A stretch of DNA of 62,068 bases, counting the filler, from Sphacelaria rigidula (Eukaryota), in assembly GCA_964200075.2 (NCBI GenBank). It is 6 parts of 6 records of this genome, joined end to end, with 100 filler letters (N's around TTAATTAATTAA, not from the genome) between each part and the next. Parts side by side here need not be neighbours in the genome. Positions count along the whole stretch, not along the records: positions 20,726 to 30,986 come from CAXNAA020006841.1; positions 31,087 to 41,347 come from CAXNAA020006842.1; 4 more parts are not named here. One strand, written 5' to 3'. The position numbers were made by a program, and so were the translations under genes. The notes beneath the pieces were generated by a model that saw only the letters and a list, made by a program, of their open reading frames with translations, searched no databases and had not been told where the DNA came from. Positions 24,901 through 36,200 of the stretch are shown piece after piece; positions within the stretch are counted from its first letter, which is position 1, and each line of letters starts with the position of its first letter.

Positions 24901-27562
24901 GGCGGTTCGATGCTGATTTTTCCAAATGGGACCCAGATGGGCTGTGCCCCGTCGGAAAGACTTGGTTTGCTGTATGAAGAGGGTTCCCAGAAGCGCATTT
25001 TCGGATCTTCGGTACCCCCAGCTGGACTCTCCTAAATAAGACGTTCGCTTCACCGAACAAAAAATATACTGTTTCTTCCCTGAGAGTTTCCGAGAGGATT
25101 GCGTCGGAGATGCCCGAAGGGTATTCCGGGTTGGACGCCAGATGGACGAGCCTCTCCGCTGAGTGGTTCATCCCAGGTGTAGAGATAGCGCGTGCATTGA
25201 CATGAAGGGGCTCGAGGCCGAAAAATGCCTCCCCGTCTCTAACTTTACGCTTCATTTCCATGAGAAACCACCAGTATTTAGGGATGGGAAACCACCACCA
25301 CTGTTGGTGGTTGTGCAGACCACCACGAGCCATGACTGGCCCAGCCGGCCGCACTTGCGGTCATGCCATCATGAAATTCAAATATGTGCCGTACAACACG
25401 CGTTGAGCCTGTGGGCGCGCCATTTTTCTGTTGCTTTGTACTCCCAGACAAGCGTACCTTGAGGTGATTTTTTGTATTATGCACGTGTCTCGATAGTCCC
25501 CCGATGAACCGTCAAATTGAAATTTTTTGGTGCTTCTTCGCACAACGAATACTGAGTGAAGAACTCTGCTGATCGATGGTCCATGTCCTGTGCTTATGAA
25601 GACAACGCGTCATATTCCAGAACTCTCGTGGTATCTTGAGCGGGGATGATATCCGCAACAAGATGTATGGATACTAGATGCGCCGTCATTATTTTTTTCC
25701 TCTCATTCGCTGACTCATTCGTGTTTCAGGGCGCACGGGGTGACGGAGGAGATGTGGCGGTCTGGAGAGGCTTTACGACCGTACTTCCAGGATGTTCTCC
25801 AGTTGCTGCGCAAGCTTCGAGAGTTGAAGGCGTCTGATCCACGTGCGGTGCCTGTCATATCTGCGCCGGACGCTACTGACTTCGTCCACTTCCCCATTGT
25901 GGACTGTAACGTGGCTGACGATACGAAGGTACGTGAGGTTGAGCTGGTCGAGACTTCGATGAAACCCGTGCACAGCAACTCGGGCGAGGTCAGTGTGCAC
26001 CGGATTTTCTGGTACTCGAGTTCGATCACAAACCTCAAAGTGTCTGTGTCTTCGGAAATACTGTCCCCCCCCCCTCCCCCGTACGGAAATTCCGATTTCT
26101 TTTGTGTAAATATGTGGGTGAACGACATTTTGCAGTGCGTAACCTTGTCTACGGGAAAATATCGTGGCTGGTTACCGTATCGCCCCCCGGTGAGTGGATA
26201 AACTTATGTAGACTCCGAGTTGGGCCAGCCTCGGAGCGGATCGGTAGGCTGCAGACCCGTTCTTACCTCGGTATCGAGAGTTGGAGTTTCAAACTTGGTT
26301 GACACATTCAACAGGGCATAGTAAAAGAAGAACGAGCAAATCACACATACTGTACTTGACAATACCACGAGACCGTTTAGAACGGCTGACGAGGTGCGTG
26401 TGGCGAATTGGGCGATTGACGTTTTCCTCTTTTTGACACGACACGAGCGATCTGGACAGAATCGAGCATTCTGCAAGAATTCTCGAGAATTCTGACGTAA
26501 AAAACTAACGTTTTGTACACCGTTCCTTCAATCGCTTTTATGGCGCAGGTTCTCCAGCTAGCGGCAAGGCTCGCGGCGCGCGTGGCCAGGGGAGAAGTCC
26601 TGTATCTGCACTGCTGGGGAGGTCACGGCCGAACAGGTACCGTCGTGTCCATCATGCTGCACCTCATGTACGGCCTCAGCGCCGAGGAGTCGATGGAACG
26701 GTGCCAGTTTGTGCACGACATAAGACGCATCCCGATCAATGTGGGCTCCCCGCAAACCGAAGCCCAACGCGAGCAAGTGCGTCGAGTAGTCCGCCGTGTT
26801 ATGCGACGATCGGCGCGCGCGGCGGCCGCGGCCGCGGCAACTGCAGCCACCGCTGGCCTCAAGTCACCTGCGAAGCCCAAGGCACCATCGGCCGACATGG
26901 GCGAGGGGGAAAACGTGGCGGTAGATGTTGAGGGAACGACCGCCATCAAGAAATCGGGGGTGAGTGCCGGCGGCATGGGGAAGTCGGAAGTCGGTGCGAC
27001 GGGCGACCCCGCTGGACCGTCGGTGGTCGGTGGACGGCGTGGGTGGGTCCGCGGAAGACGCCAGGCGTTCGCGCAAGCCCCGAATGGTGTCGGGGAGGAC
27101 GTTTCGGGGTGGTTGACACCCGGCGACGACGAACAAACTGTTGGAAGTGCGGCAGCGGCCACCACCCCCGCGGGTGGCAAGTCTGGCGTCGAGGAGAAGG
27201 ACGGGTGCGGCGGGGAAGCGTCGGCAGCCACGACGTGTGCGGGGCGGCGGAAATCGTTGACGGAGGAAGGATTCCAGCAGGACGATAAGAACACGCGTCG
27301 TAAATCTGCTCCCGGGCAGTCGCCGCGTTCGGCTGAGTTGGAGGGCGCTGCGAGGGACGAGGCGGCAGCGAAGGAACAGGCTGATGCAGATAAGGAGGCG
27401 TGTGCAACAGGTGTGGGTGCGTCCGCGTCTCTCGAGTCAAGCGGGGGTGGCGAGAGGAGCGTGACGAAGTCTGTCGGGAGCGGTAGAAGATGCAGTTGCG
27501 GGAAGCACGGTTGTGTGCGTGAGCCTGGTACCGCAAAGTGTGGTGGCCGACGTCTCCAGTGA
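21943..27562 (+). CDS. CX5R cysteine-based protein phosphatase (PTP/dual-specificity superfamily), ~540 aa, 4 exons
   Basis: Exons 21943-22125, 24492-24718 (GPTMESNWVLPGNLLVGAYP...GVSTFVCLQQE), 25730-25928 (RPYFQD...FVHFPIVDC) and 26549-27562 (GEVLYLHCWGGHGRTG...SPQTEAQREQV); intron phases 0/2/0 are compatible. Confidence 0.9.
23258..23465. mobile_element. Two adjacent, oppositely oriented ~100-bp MITEs (family also at 29697-29807 and 46609-46713)
   Basis: Shared core gtagg...ctg(c/t)tgaatcggcatcaa...cagatggacta...cgcg.ttcaag; ends ccctt/aaggg next to TTAA-like sites. Confidence 0.7.
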
Positions 27563-29696
27563 GACTGTGTGTACTGTTGGCGAGACTGCTACGTATTATG
27601 TTACCAACATCAAGGCGGAAGTGAGCACAGGTTGGACTCCGCGAAGTGATGCACGAGGTAATTTTGTCCGGGACGTAACTTCTGGCAAGACGGTGATGGA
27701 TTGGATGCGATCGCGCCACGTATAGCGGTAATGAGTCTCACCCGAGGTGGGCCGCTTTGGTGATGGAGCGGCGGATGCACGACGATGTGTGTGCCTCTTG
27801 ATTTGTGTGGTACATAGTGTATGCTACGTGATGGTATTTGAGTCAACAAAGCGGCAAGGTCCAATCGCTTGTCTGTCGGCGCGTCAATACCCCGGCAGAT
27901 GTTGTGGCGTCGCCTAACGGGGTGAACACGTACTATCCACAACAAAGAACACTAAAAAGCGTGGGCTTGAGCGGGTGCTCGCCAAAAAAGGGTTCTGTAA
28001 CTGTGTCCAAATGATGGTACCTTCTTTCTCATGTCGTTCAATTCAAGTCGCGATTGATCTAATCGTGGACCGTTGTGATCCGAGTGGCGCACATACGGAG
28101 GTGGTCTACACTTTTGGTATGTCATTTTCAGCCCGTTAGCAAGGTCTCTCGACGATACCGGATGTCAACCGGCACTGATTGCTGCTCCTGAGTGTAGAAT
28201 TTCGCTGCACATTACAGAAGCATTTCTTGAGAGAGACCGTTTTTTCTGCCTTTACTGGCCTGTTGATACAACCTTCATTCAAACTTTTTGGTTTTTGTGT
28301 AGTGCGTTTGGTGACGGTAGCTTGAGATTTGTCGCACTCGGTAGACCGGCACTTCCGAAGAAAGTGCAATCGCCAATATCAAGGGCTTTCGGATTCACTC
28401 TGATGAATAGAGTCGGTGGACATGCGTCTGCTGACGACTGAGTCTGTGCTTTAAAATGTCTCTTACTTTGTTTCGAGGAAGATGATGATTCATTTGTTTT
28501 ACATTGCTTTCAACGTTTTGTTTTTCGTTTACGCTCGAGTAGGGGTTAGATTTCCATTTTTTTTCAATTTTTTGTACAAATGGGGGAATGAGGAATGTTC
28601 GCGCGTGTAGATTCCACTCTGCGCCACTGTCGTGAAGGTTTTGAGGGCAAAGGGGAGAGGGCAGCGGCTCGTGTGAAACGAATGTCGCTGAACCCTCGAA
28701 ATGAAAAAACACGCTTTTGCAGAAGTGCAAGGTAGAAACGGTTTCGTTTTGTTCTTGTTGCGAAAAGGGTTCCTAATTACTCACCGGGAGGTGGGGAGTG
28801 GGACAATAAAAGTGCCCGCCCCACGCTCTGATTTGACCGCTGGTGTACGCACCGCGTCCTGTGTGATGCTCCCTTGGAAAATTCAGGTGGTGTGAGTCAG
28901 ATTCCAGTGTGAAGACTGCTGCTAAAATACTGAGGGTAACGTACCGGCCCTTTTTGTAGGATAAGGCGTAGGCACGAGAGAGGCGAATAGAAGCAGGGTT
29001 CAAATCACCGTACGATCGAGGATGGGGATATATGACTTATATCCCCACCCCCCCTTCCCCAGGGGCTCAATTGATCGGTGTTGTTGGGCGATCATACTTT
29101 CACAGATCGCTTCGGCCACAATCATGGTATTCTCGGCGCTTGTGACACGTCGCTGGTTAAATAAATATGTGAGAAACAAGCACGGGAGGTCGATGTGCGT
29201 GTAGTAGGGTGTAATAACGGGCTGTCGTTGTGTGAGACAAGCCGTTGGGCTGGAGTCGTCTTTCGGAGGAAAGCGTGGTTCGGGATGAGTGCGAGGGGAG
29301 AGGAGGGAGGGAGGAGGCGTTTACATCGCAAGTTGGGGCTGCGGCGATCTTCGTGCTAAGGATATATGCTCAACTCTACATGAGGCAAGCGCGCTAGTAC
29401 ATGGCGCAGTGGTCGCTGTTTGTCGGGTGGGACAAGTGCAGCGGTGGAGCAGCTAAAGTGGAACATGACCCTGTATCTGCGGAGCTGCCAAGAATGGTAA
29501 CACATGGTCATTTGTGGCCGTCTCAAATCTCTTGTCTGTTTTTTTTAGTGAAACAGTAGAGTTGTTTTTGGTGGAGGTTAGGTGTTCATTTGCAACAACT
29601 TCAAAAGTGAATGAAGATCCCGTGTTCTGTTTTCTTTTATTGCTTTGCTTTGACCAAATTAAACAACGTTTCTTTTGGATCCATTATTTTCAAGTC

Positions 29697-29807
29697 AACT
29701 CTTGAACCGCGGTGCGGGTAGTCCGTCCATCTGGATCACGCATAATTTTTCCAAGTCAACGTTGATGCCGATTCAGCAGGTAGCCTACCCTCGCGGTGAA
29801 AGAGTTG
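29697..29807. mobile_element. ~110-bp MITE with terminal inverted repeats
   Basis: caactcttgaaccgcg ... cgcggtgaaagagttg; internal ttgatgccgattcagcagg matches the 23258 and 46609 copies. Confidence 0.7.
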
Positions 29808-31086
29808 AGTGCGGTTGCGTGGATGTGACGGGGCAGACGGATCTTATTGCGTTTCTGAGTTGTGTTGTTTAGCGGATAATTCGTAGGTGTGACCTTTATA
29901 TACTAAAGTTATCTGTATACTTTTTCGTTCTCGAGTCGCGATTGCGAGGGAGGAGGGGGCGGGCGGGGGGATGGACAACTCTCCGGGGGGGGGGGCTGGA
30001 AGGTTACATGGTTGTATGCAGTACTCAAGCATGCGGTGTCACACGGTCACTACAGGCATAAGAAAAGCCGTGAAAAGGCGCATTAACGACCGTTAAATGG
30101 CATGGTGTTATTAATGTGTGGTGTGCTGGTGGGATTCACGGGCGGCAACACGGGATCAGTGAAACCTGAATGCGTGATGTCTGAGGAACGATGAGACGCT
30201 TTGGTGAAAAGAAAAACCGCACTGCTTCACACCTCGCCCTTTCGCTGGCTCGAAACGGTTGCAGCGTACCTGTCACCCACTGTACATTTCCTTGCAAATT
30301 TGATGCACCTACGTAATATGGCGTTGAAAACTCCCTGCTGTTTAACTATCCTGTGGGCTTGGGATGAATGAGCCCACCTCTTCTTCACGCTGCTTTAGTT
30401 TGAATTATGTATGTGCAATTACGTCTGTGACCACGGGCTCGAGAGATCGAATTGATGTGCGGTAATAATTATGATAAAATGATGGGGTGGTGTCTATATT
30501 TTGATTGCTTCATATGAACTGATCCTCGAGAGACCCAGCCGTGGTCATGGTCCACATGACGTACCCAAGGTGAAGAGAACGGGAATGGTCGCTAGAAGAG
30601 GGAGAGAAGATGTGATGTGTGTACTACCACTTTATGGACCCCCACCTGTACTATTTGTGCGAAAAGTGGCACCCGATGACTGAATGCCAAGCTCAACTCC
30701 TCACGCTGAGGGGATTGAAGAGGGGCACCGGGCAATTGTGGAGAAAAATGTGCCCATCTTTGTTCTCATCATTTCAAGGGGGTTGAGGGCGTTGAAATAT
30801 CTATTCCAATTTTCAAATTGGTTGTTGTCTCAGTGCGTGACTTGGCACAATTTTTTTCGATCGAAAAGGTGCGATCGAAGTTTTTTTGTCCTATCTGATG
30901 AGTCCACCGCATTTATGTTCCTCGAAGGCTTCAACTCAAAATTATAATTAGCGGCGTGCGGAGAAGAATGCAACGAGAGGAGAAACNNNNNNNNNNNNNN
31001 NNNNNNNNNNNNNNNNNNNNNNNNNNNNNNTTAATTAATTAANNNNNNNNNNNNNNNNNNNNNNNNNNNNNNNNNNNNNNNNNNNN

Positions 31087-31138
<52 letters not shown>

Positions 31139-31309
31139 CGGGGGGGGGGGGGGGGTCGAGCGAGGGAGATAAACATTAGGAACAAGAAAAGCGGAAATAT
31201 ATATATAGGACGGACAACGCAAGGAAACGGACAGGTAGGCAGACAGGCGGGCGAAGGCTCCGACTAAAGCCAACCAAACCCAGGCCAGATCAATCGGTTG
31301 CTTGGCGGC

Positions 31310-33234
31310 ATGGAGCGCCAACCCCCGTCGTCATCCTCCAGGCCGCGCATACCGGGTGGCTACGGAAACTACCCCGGGCGAGACCCGTCATCGCCTCCTA
31401 GGGAGGAGAGAGGAAGGCGACGGCGAGGTGCCGCATCTGCGTGGGGCGGGCTGTTCAAAGGCGAAGCTCAGGTGATTGGTTGATCAGTCGACCTGGTTGG
31501 TTGATTTGGTTAGTTGATTGGTAGATTTGATTCGTCGTTTGGTTATTTCGATGAATTGATTGGATAACTTAATTCTTTGATTGGTCATCTTAAGCGATTA
31601 GTTAGTTAAATGAATGATTAATTGGTTGTTGGTTGATCAATTTATCGGTTTGATTTAGATGATTCATTGGTTGGTTTGATCAGTCGTTTGGTTGATTAAA
31701 TTGGGGGGTTGTTTGGTTGGTTGTCGAGTACTACCTTATCCGCGACAAATCCAGCCATGGTTCACAAGGTTTGCGGGCTCTGATGCGTTCATTGAGTGAG
31801 TGATTGGGTGGTTTGTCGGTTTGTCGGTCCGTTGGTCCGCCGGTTGTACGGTTGGGTGTCGAGTATCAACTAATTCGTTATGGATATCCAGCCTTGTTCT
31901 CGAGGTACATGCGCCCTGATAACATTAACTGACTACTCGTACATCGTTGACAAATCTCATCTACTGGTTCGTTGTTCATCGTACATTAACGGGTCCGCTA
32001 CGAGATTCAGCCATTTTTTTTGTCCCCATGACACGCAAGACCCTGATATACCTCGATTTATAGATTGATCCGTTGGCCGTTAATCATCAACTCATCCGCT
32101 ATGTTATATTGATATCCAGCTTTGCTTTAGAAGATACGGAGGCACCAGTCTAGCGATGTCGGCATTGTATTTGCCATCTTGTAGATACTGAATCATTTCT
32201 TCTCCTTGTTTTTTCAGTCACACTCCCAACCCCTCCCCCTTCCCCGTATATTGGGAGTAGGAACTGTGCTCCGTCTCGACAGGGATGCGTAGTCCAAGGT
32301 CAAACGACTAAGGCAAGCAGCAAATGAGTATGCCCCTCCCCTTCCTCGGAACGAGGTTGTCGTCTCAAGGGATCAATCAACCCCCATCTCTCCATCGGTG
32401 CGGGTGGTATTATCGCGGATTGGATCATGACCAACACTCACTCCCGCGCAGCGTCAACCATCATCGATCGTCTAACAAGCTCTGCCAAACATTTTTTTGT
32501 TTTTTGTCTGCTACCCACATCCTCACGCCTTCAGTGTGAGCCAAAAAAAAGGGATATTGGTGTAGACGCAGTTCATTTGCCGCCGCAACCTTAGACCCGC
32601 CCGGGGATCAATCAACCTACTACTCATGCGATTGAACCCGTGTTCCTTTTCTCACTTCTTTCTACGTGTTCGAGAGAAGACACGGCCTAATGGTGCCCGT
32701 TCTACAAATCCGACCACCGGTGCGCCGCGGTACTGTACTGTACTGTACTGTACTGTACTGTACTGTATTTGCCCTTTTTTTGTTCTACTATGGTATTCGT
32801 TTAGGGGTCGTGCTACGTACGGTAGGAGGGGTGCACATTTTGTTTTCTGGGCCGGCGTACTGGAGTTAGATGTGTCATGACTCCTCGCGCACTAGCATTA
32901 TCTATTACGGTACAGGGCAGTTTTTTTTGTTTTTTTACATCGGCCGTTTCCTCCTGTGCTTTGCTCTTCTTTTATTTTTTTTCACGTCTTAGTCTACTAC
33001 AGTATGTCGTTTTTATTTTTTTTACGACTTTTTCTGTTCCTTTTTTTTTTCTTCAGCGAGTGTTTTCCGTCTTGTTTTGTTTTTGGTACGTCCATCATGT
33101 GACCTGGGCTGGATTCCTAGGGGGTCAGTTCAAGTGCGACAATCAATCAATCAATCAATCAAGTGGGGGCGAAGTTTGCGTCTGAACGCGAGGCGATCCT
33201 CTCGCGGACAGACGTTCTTCCAAGGGCGTGTTGG

Positions 33235-33290
<56 letters not shown>

Positions 33291-36200
33291 GCCGTCCCGG
33301 TTATTCTGGGCGCCAGTCTACACCTTTAGGTACGTGTGGACGCGTGAAGCCGGAGTCACAGGAGAAAAACCAACACAGGATTTGATTGATTGATTGATTG
33401 ATTGATTGTCGCACTTTAACTGACCCCCCCAGGGGTCCAGCCGTGGTCTCGTGATAGACGTACCCAAAAAAAACGAAACTGAAACACGCTCTGAGAAAAA
33501 TAAATAAAGAGGGGTCGAACAGAAGAACATCGCAGACTAAGTCGTGACAAAAAAAAAGCCATAAAAAAGTCAACACAAGCAAAGCACAGAAAGAAATACA
33601 GGACTTTTTATTATATTGGTGTTATCATTATTTTAGTTCTCCACCTGCCTTCCTTCTACGGTGCTTGCCTTTCTTTTTTTTTTTTTTTTTAAATGGGGGA
33701 GGGGGTCCGGCGGTCCCTTTCCCTTTTCGACCGTGAAGCGGGTTCTCTTGGTGTTACCATTATTTTAGTTCTCAACCAACATACCTTCTACGGTGCTTGC
33801 CTTTCTTTTTTTTTTTTTTTTCTAAATCGCGAGAGGGGTTCAGCGGTCCCTTTCCCTTGTCGACCGTGAAGTCGGATTTTGTGTGCCCACGACATACTTG
33901 CTCTCCACTGTTGGGCATAGTGTGATGAAAATAAACGGATCGTGTGACTGCGCCGAGATTCGAACCCACGACTCAATCGTCAGAAGGTTTCGAGGTTACC
34001 TGCTGAGACACCGGGGCGACCTGGGTATACCCGATATTTTGGTCTTTTGGAAAGTCGTGCATCACCTGTCCAAGCGAGTCAGTCACATTGACTTGTATGG
34101 ACTTTAGAGAGGGGGAAAACAGCTCTGGGCTGGCTACTGCTGTGAGCATGGGACGAAGCCCCACTTTTTAAAATACCCAAAACACAGTGCCGACGTGACC
34201 TTGCAAACATCACAAATAGTTGCGAAAAACGTCATTATATTCTGTTTCACAACGTACGTACGTGAAAAAAGAAAGAAAAAACAGGCAAGTTCTTGCCCTG
34301 AAAAGTGCAACCCTACCGTAGTACGACTCGTGATAGTTGCAAAATATATATAGATGCAGATATAGATATCACAACCAAGACAATAGACGACATGGTGAAA
34401 AAAAAGTGGATTGCGTACGTATGGTATGCAATCCGATGTTTATTGCAATAGACGCAATAGTTCGATACTGTACGCAGTACATTTTTGACGATGTGATCTA
34501 TTGTCATTATCCAGGGGGTGAGGGATATTCACGCCTTCCACGCCCTTGTCCAACACCTCCCAGGTGCCCCTTCCAACAGCGCCTTGGGAAGCAGGAAGCC
34601 GAGGCACACCGCAGTCACCGCAGCTGCAGCAGCAGCAACAACAACAACAGCAGCAGCAACAGCAGCCTCGTCAGCAAGATGGCGACGACGATCGGCAACA
34701 CCGCGAGCAACAGGCGGCTGCAGCCGCGGCAGCGTCCGCCTCGGCCTCCGCTGCCGCCGCTGCCGCTGCAGCAGCCGCGGCGGCCGTGGCGGGATACTCG
34801 ACAGGTGAGTCATTATCCAGTGGAGGAAAAAATGGTCATCGGAAGTCCTCGAATTGGGCTGTCGCGCAACGCGCACCTTTTTGTGTGACTCCGGTGGGCC
34901 CCGGCCGAATGGTCTAACAGGGTACAAAAGACTCCAGTGACTATGGTTACGAGTTCGAATCCCGACACAACCTCTTTTTTTGTTGTTGCAGAATCTGTTT
35001 GCCGTCGTTGAGGTTATTTTTTGAAATATAAAATATTCTTGATTCAGTTGAAAAGGGTGACTTCGGGCACTTTCGCGCGAGCTTCTGCCCCCCCCCCCCC
35101 CCCCCCAAATGCACAAAATTGGTCTTCCTCCCCTTCAGTGTGGGTTGGAGCTTTTTCTCTCCATGGCCATTCCAGAGAACATTTCCACTTCCCTGGAGAT
35201 CTGGCAGAAAAATTACCGTCAGCACTTCTTTTTTTTTGCGAACGGGGGAAAAAATGAGCCCCATCAGGGATTGAATCGAGAACAACCGTTGCGGCTCAGT
35301 CCCAGTTGGATGCGTGTTCCTGTGCTCGTCGTATATGACCGACAACCGATTCGGAGGTCCTCTTCAATTTTGGAGCTGCTGACGAGCTTGATGGAATCTC
35401 GCAGCATTCTCAGTACACTGCTGACTGTGCGTGTCAAAGTTGTCATACGCCATTCCGCTGCGTTTTATATTGAAGAAAAAATACTTGAAAACAGCTGTCA
35501 AGCCACGAAATGAGACGCATCCGGCACTCAAGACTCACAGCAGTACCGTAACGTAATCGCCAAAACTACGCCAATCTAACAGCGGCGGAGCCGTGCACAA
35601 CCAGATTTGCCTGCAGTTCACAGCGATGTGCTTACATCGGGCTGATTCGGGAAACACGAAAAAAAGTTGTCGTGTACCCGGAGGTCGCACGTTTCTACGG
35701 CTGACCCAGCTCGTATGCGTACTACAGCAGTGAACAGAACCGGGTAGGGTTCATCCATATCTTGTATACATTGATGTGCATATCTGTAAAATATGTGCTT
35801 TTGTTAGTGCAGCAAACAAACCAAAAGGGCACAAAATACTCCTTGTATTCCTGTGTCTCTGTTTTCAAGGCCCCTGCATGCGCCTCGGGGAAGATGCTGG
35901 CTACGCTCGTTAACAAGTCTACCCTTCCTTCCCCCGCCCTACGAGAAGACGAGTTGGATGTAAATCCAAAGCCCCCCTCCCCCATCCCCCCTCATCCCAC
36001 CATCCATCCATCTATTTTCATCTTTACCCATCGTGCACCTCTTTGTCAAACAAGCAAAACCTGAAGGGTACCACAACCCTGTGTCTCTGTGTGGAAGGTT
36101 CCTGTATAGGCCACCAAGCAGATACAAGACGATAATTTCAATGTAGATCGAACTCCCTCCCCCCTTTAAATATCACACGAGTTCAAGGAAGAATGTTGGA

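Noticed and set aside
31087..31155. Poly-G tract as G-quadruplex or polyproline coding
   Set aside because: Homopolymer at a contig edge; its length is unreliable.
33945..34020. Genuine tRNA gene
   Set aside because: It has A/B boxes but no complete cloverleaf, and continues into a repeated body with a CA tail, so it is a SINE head.
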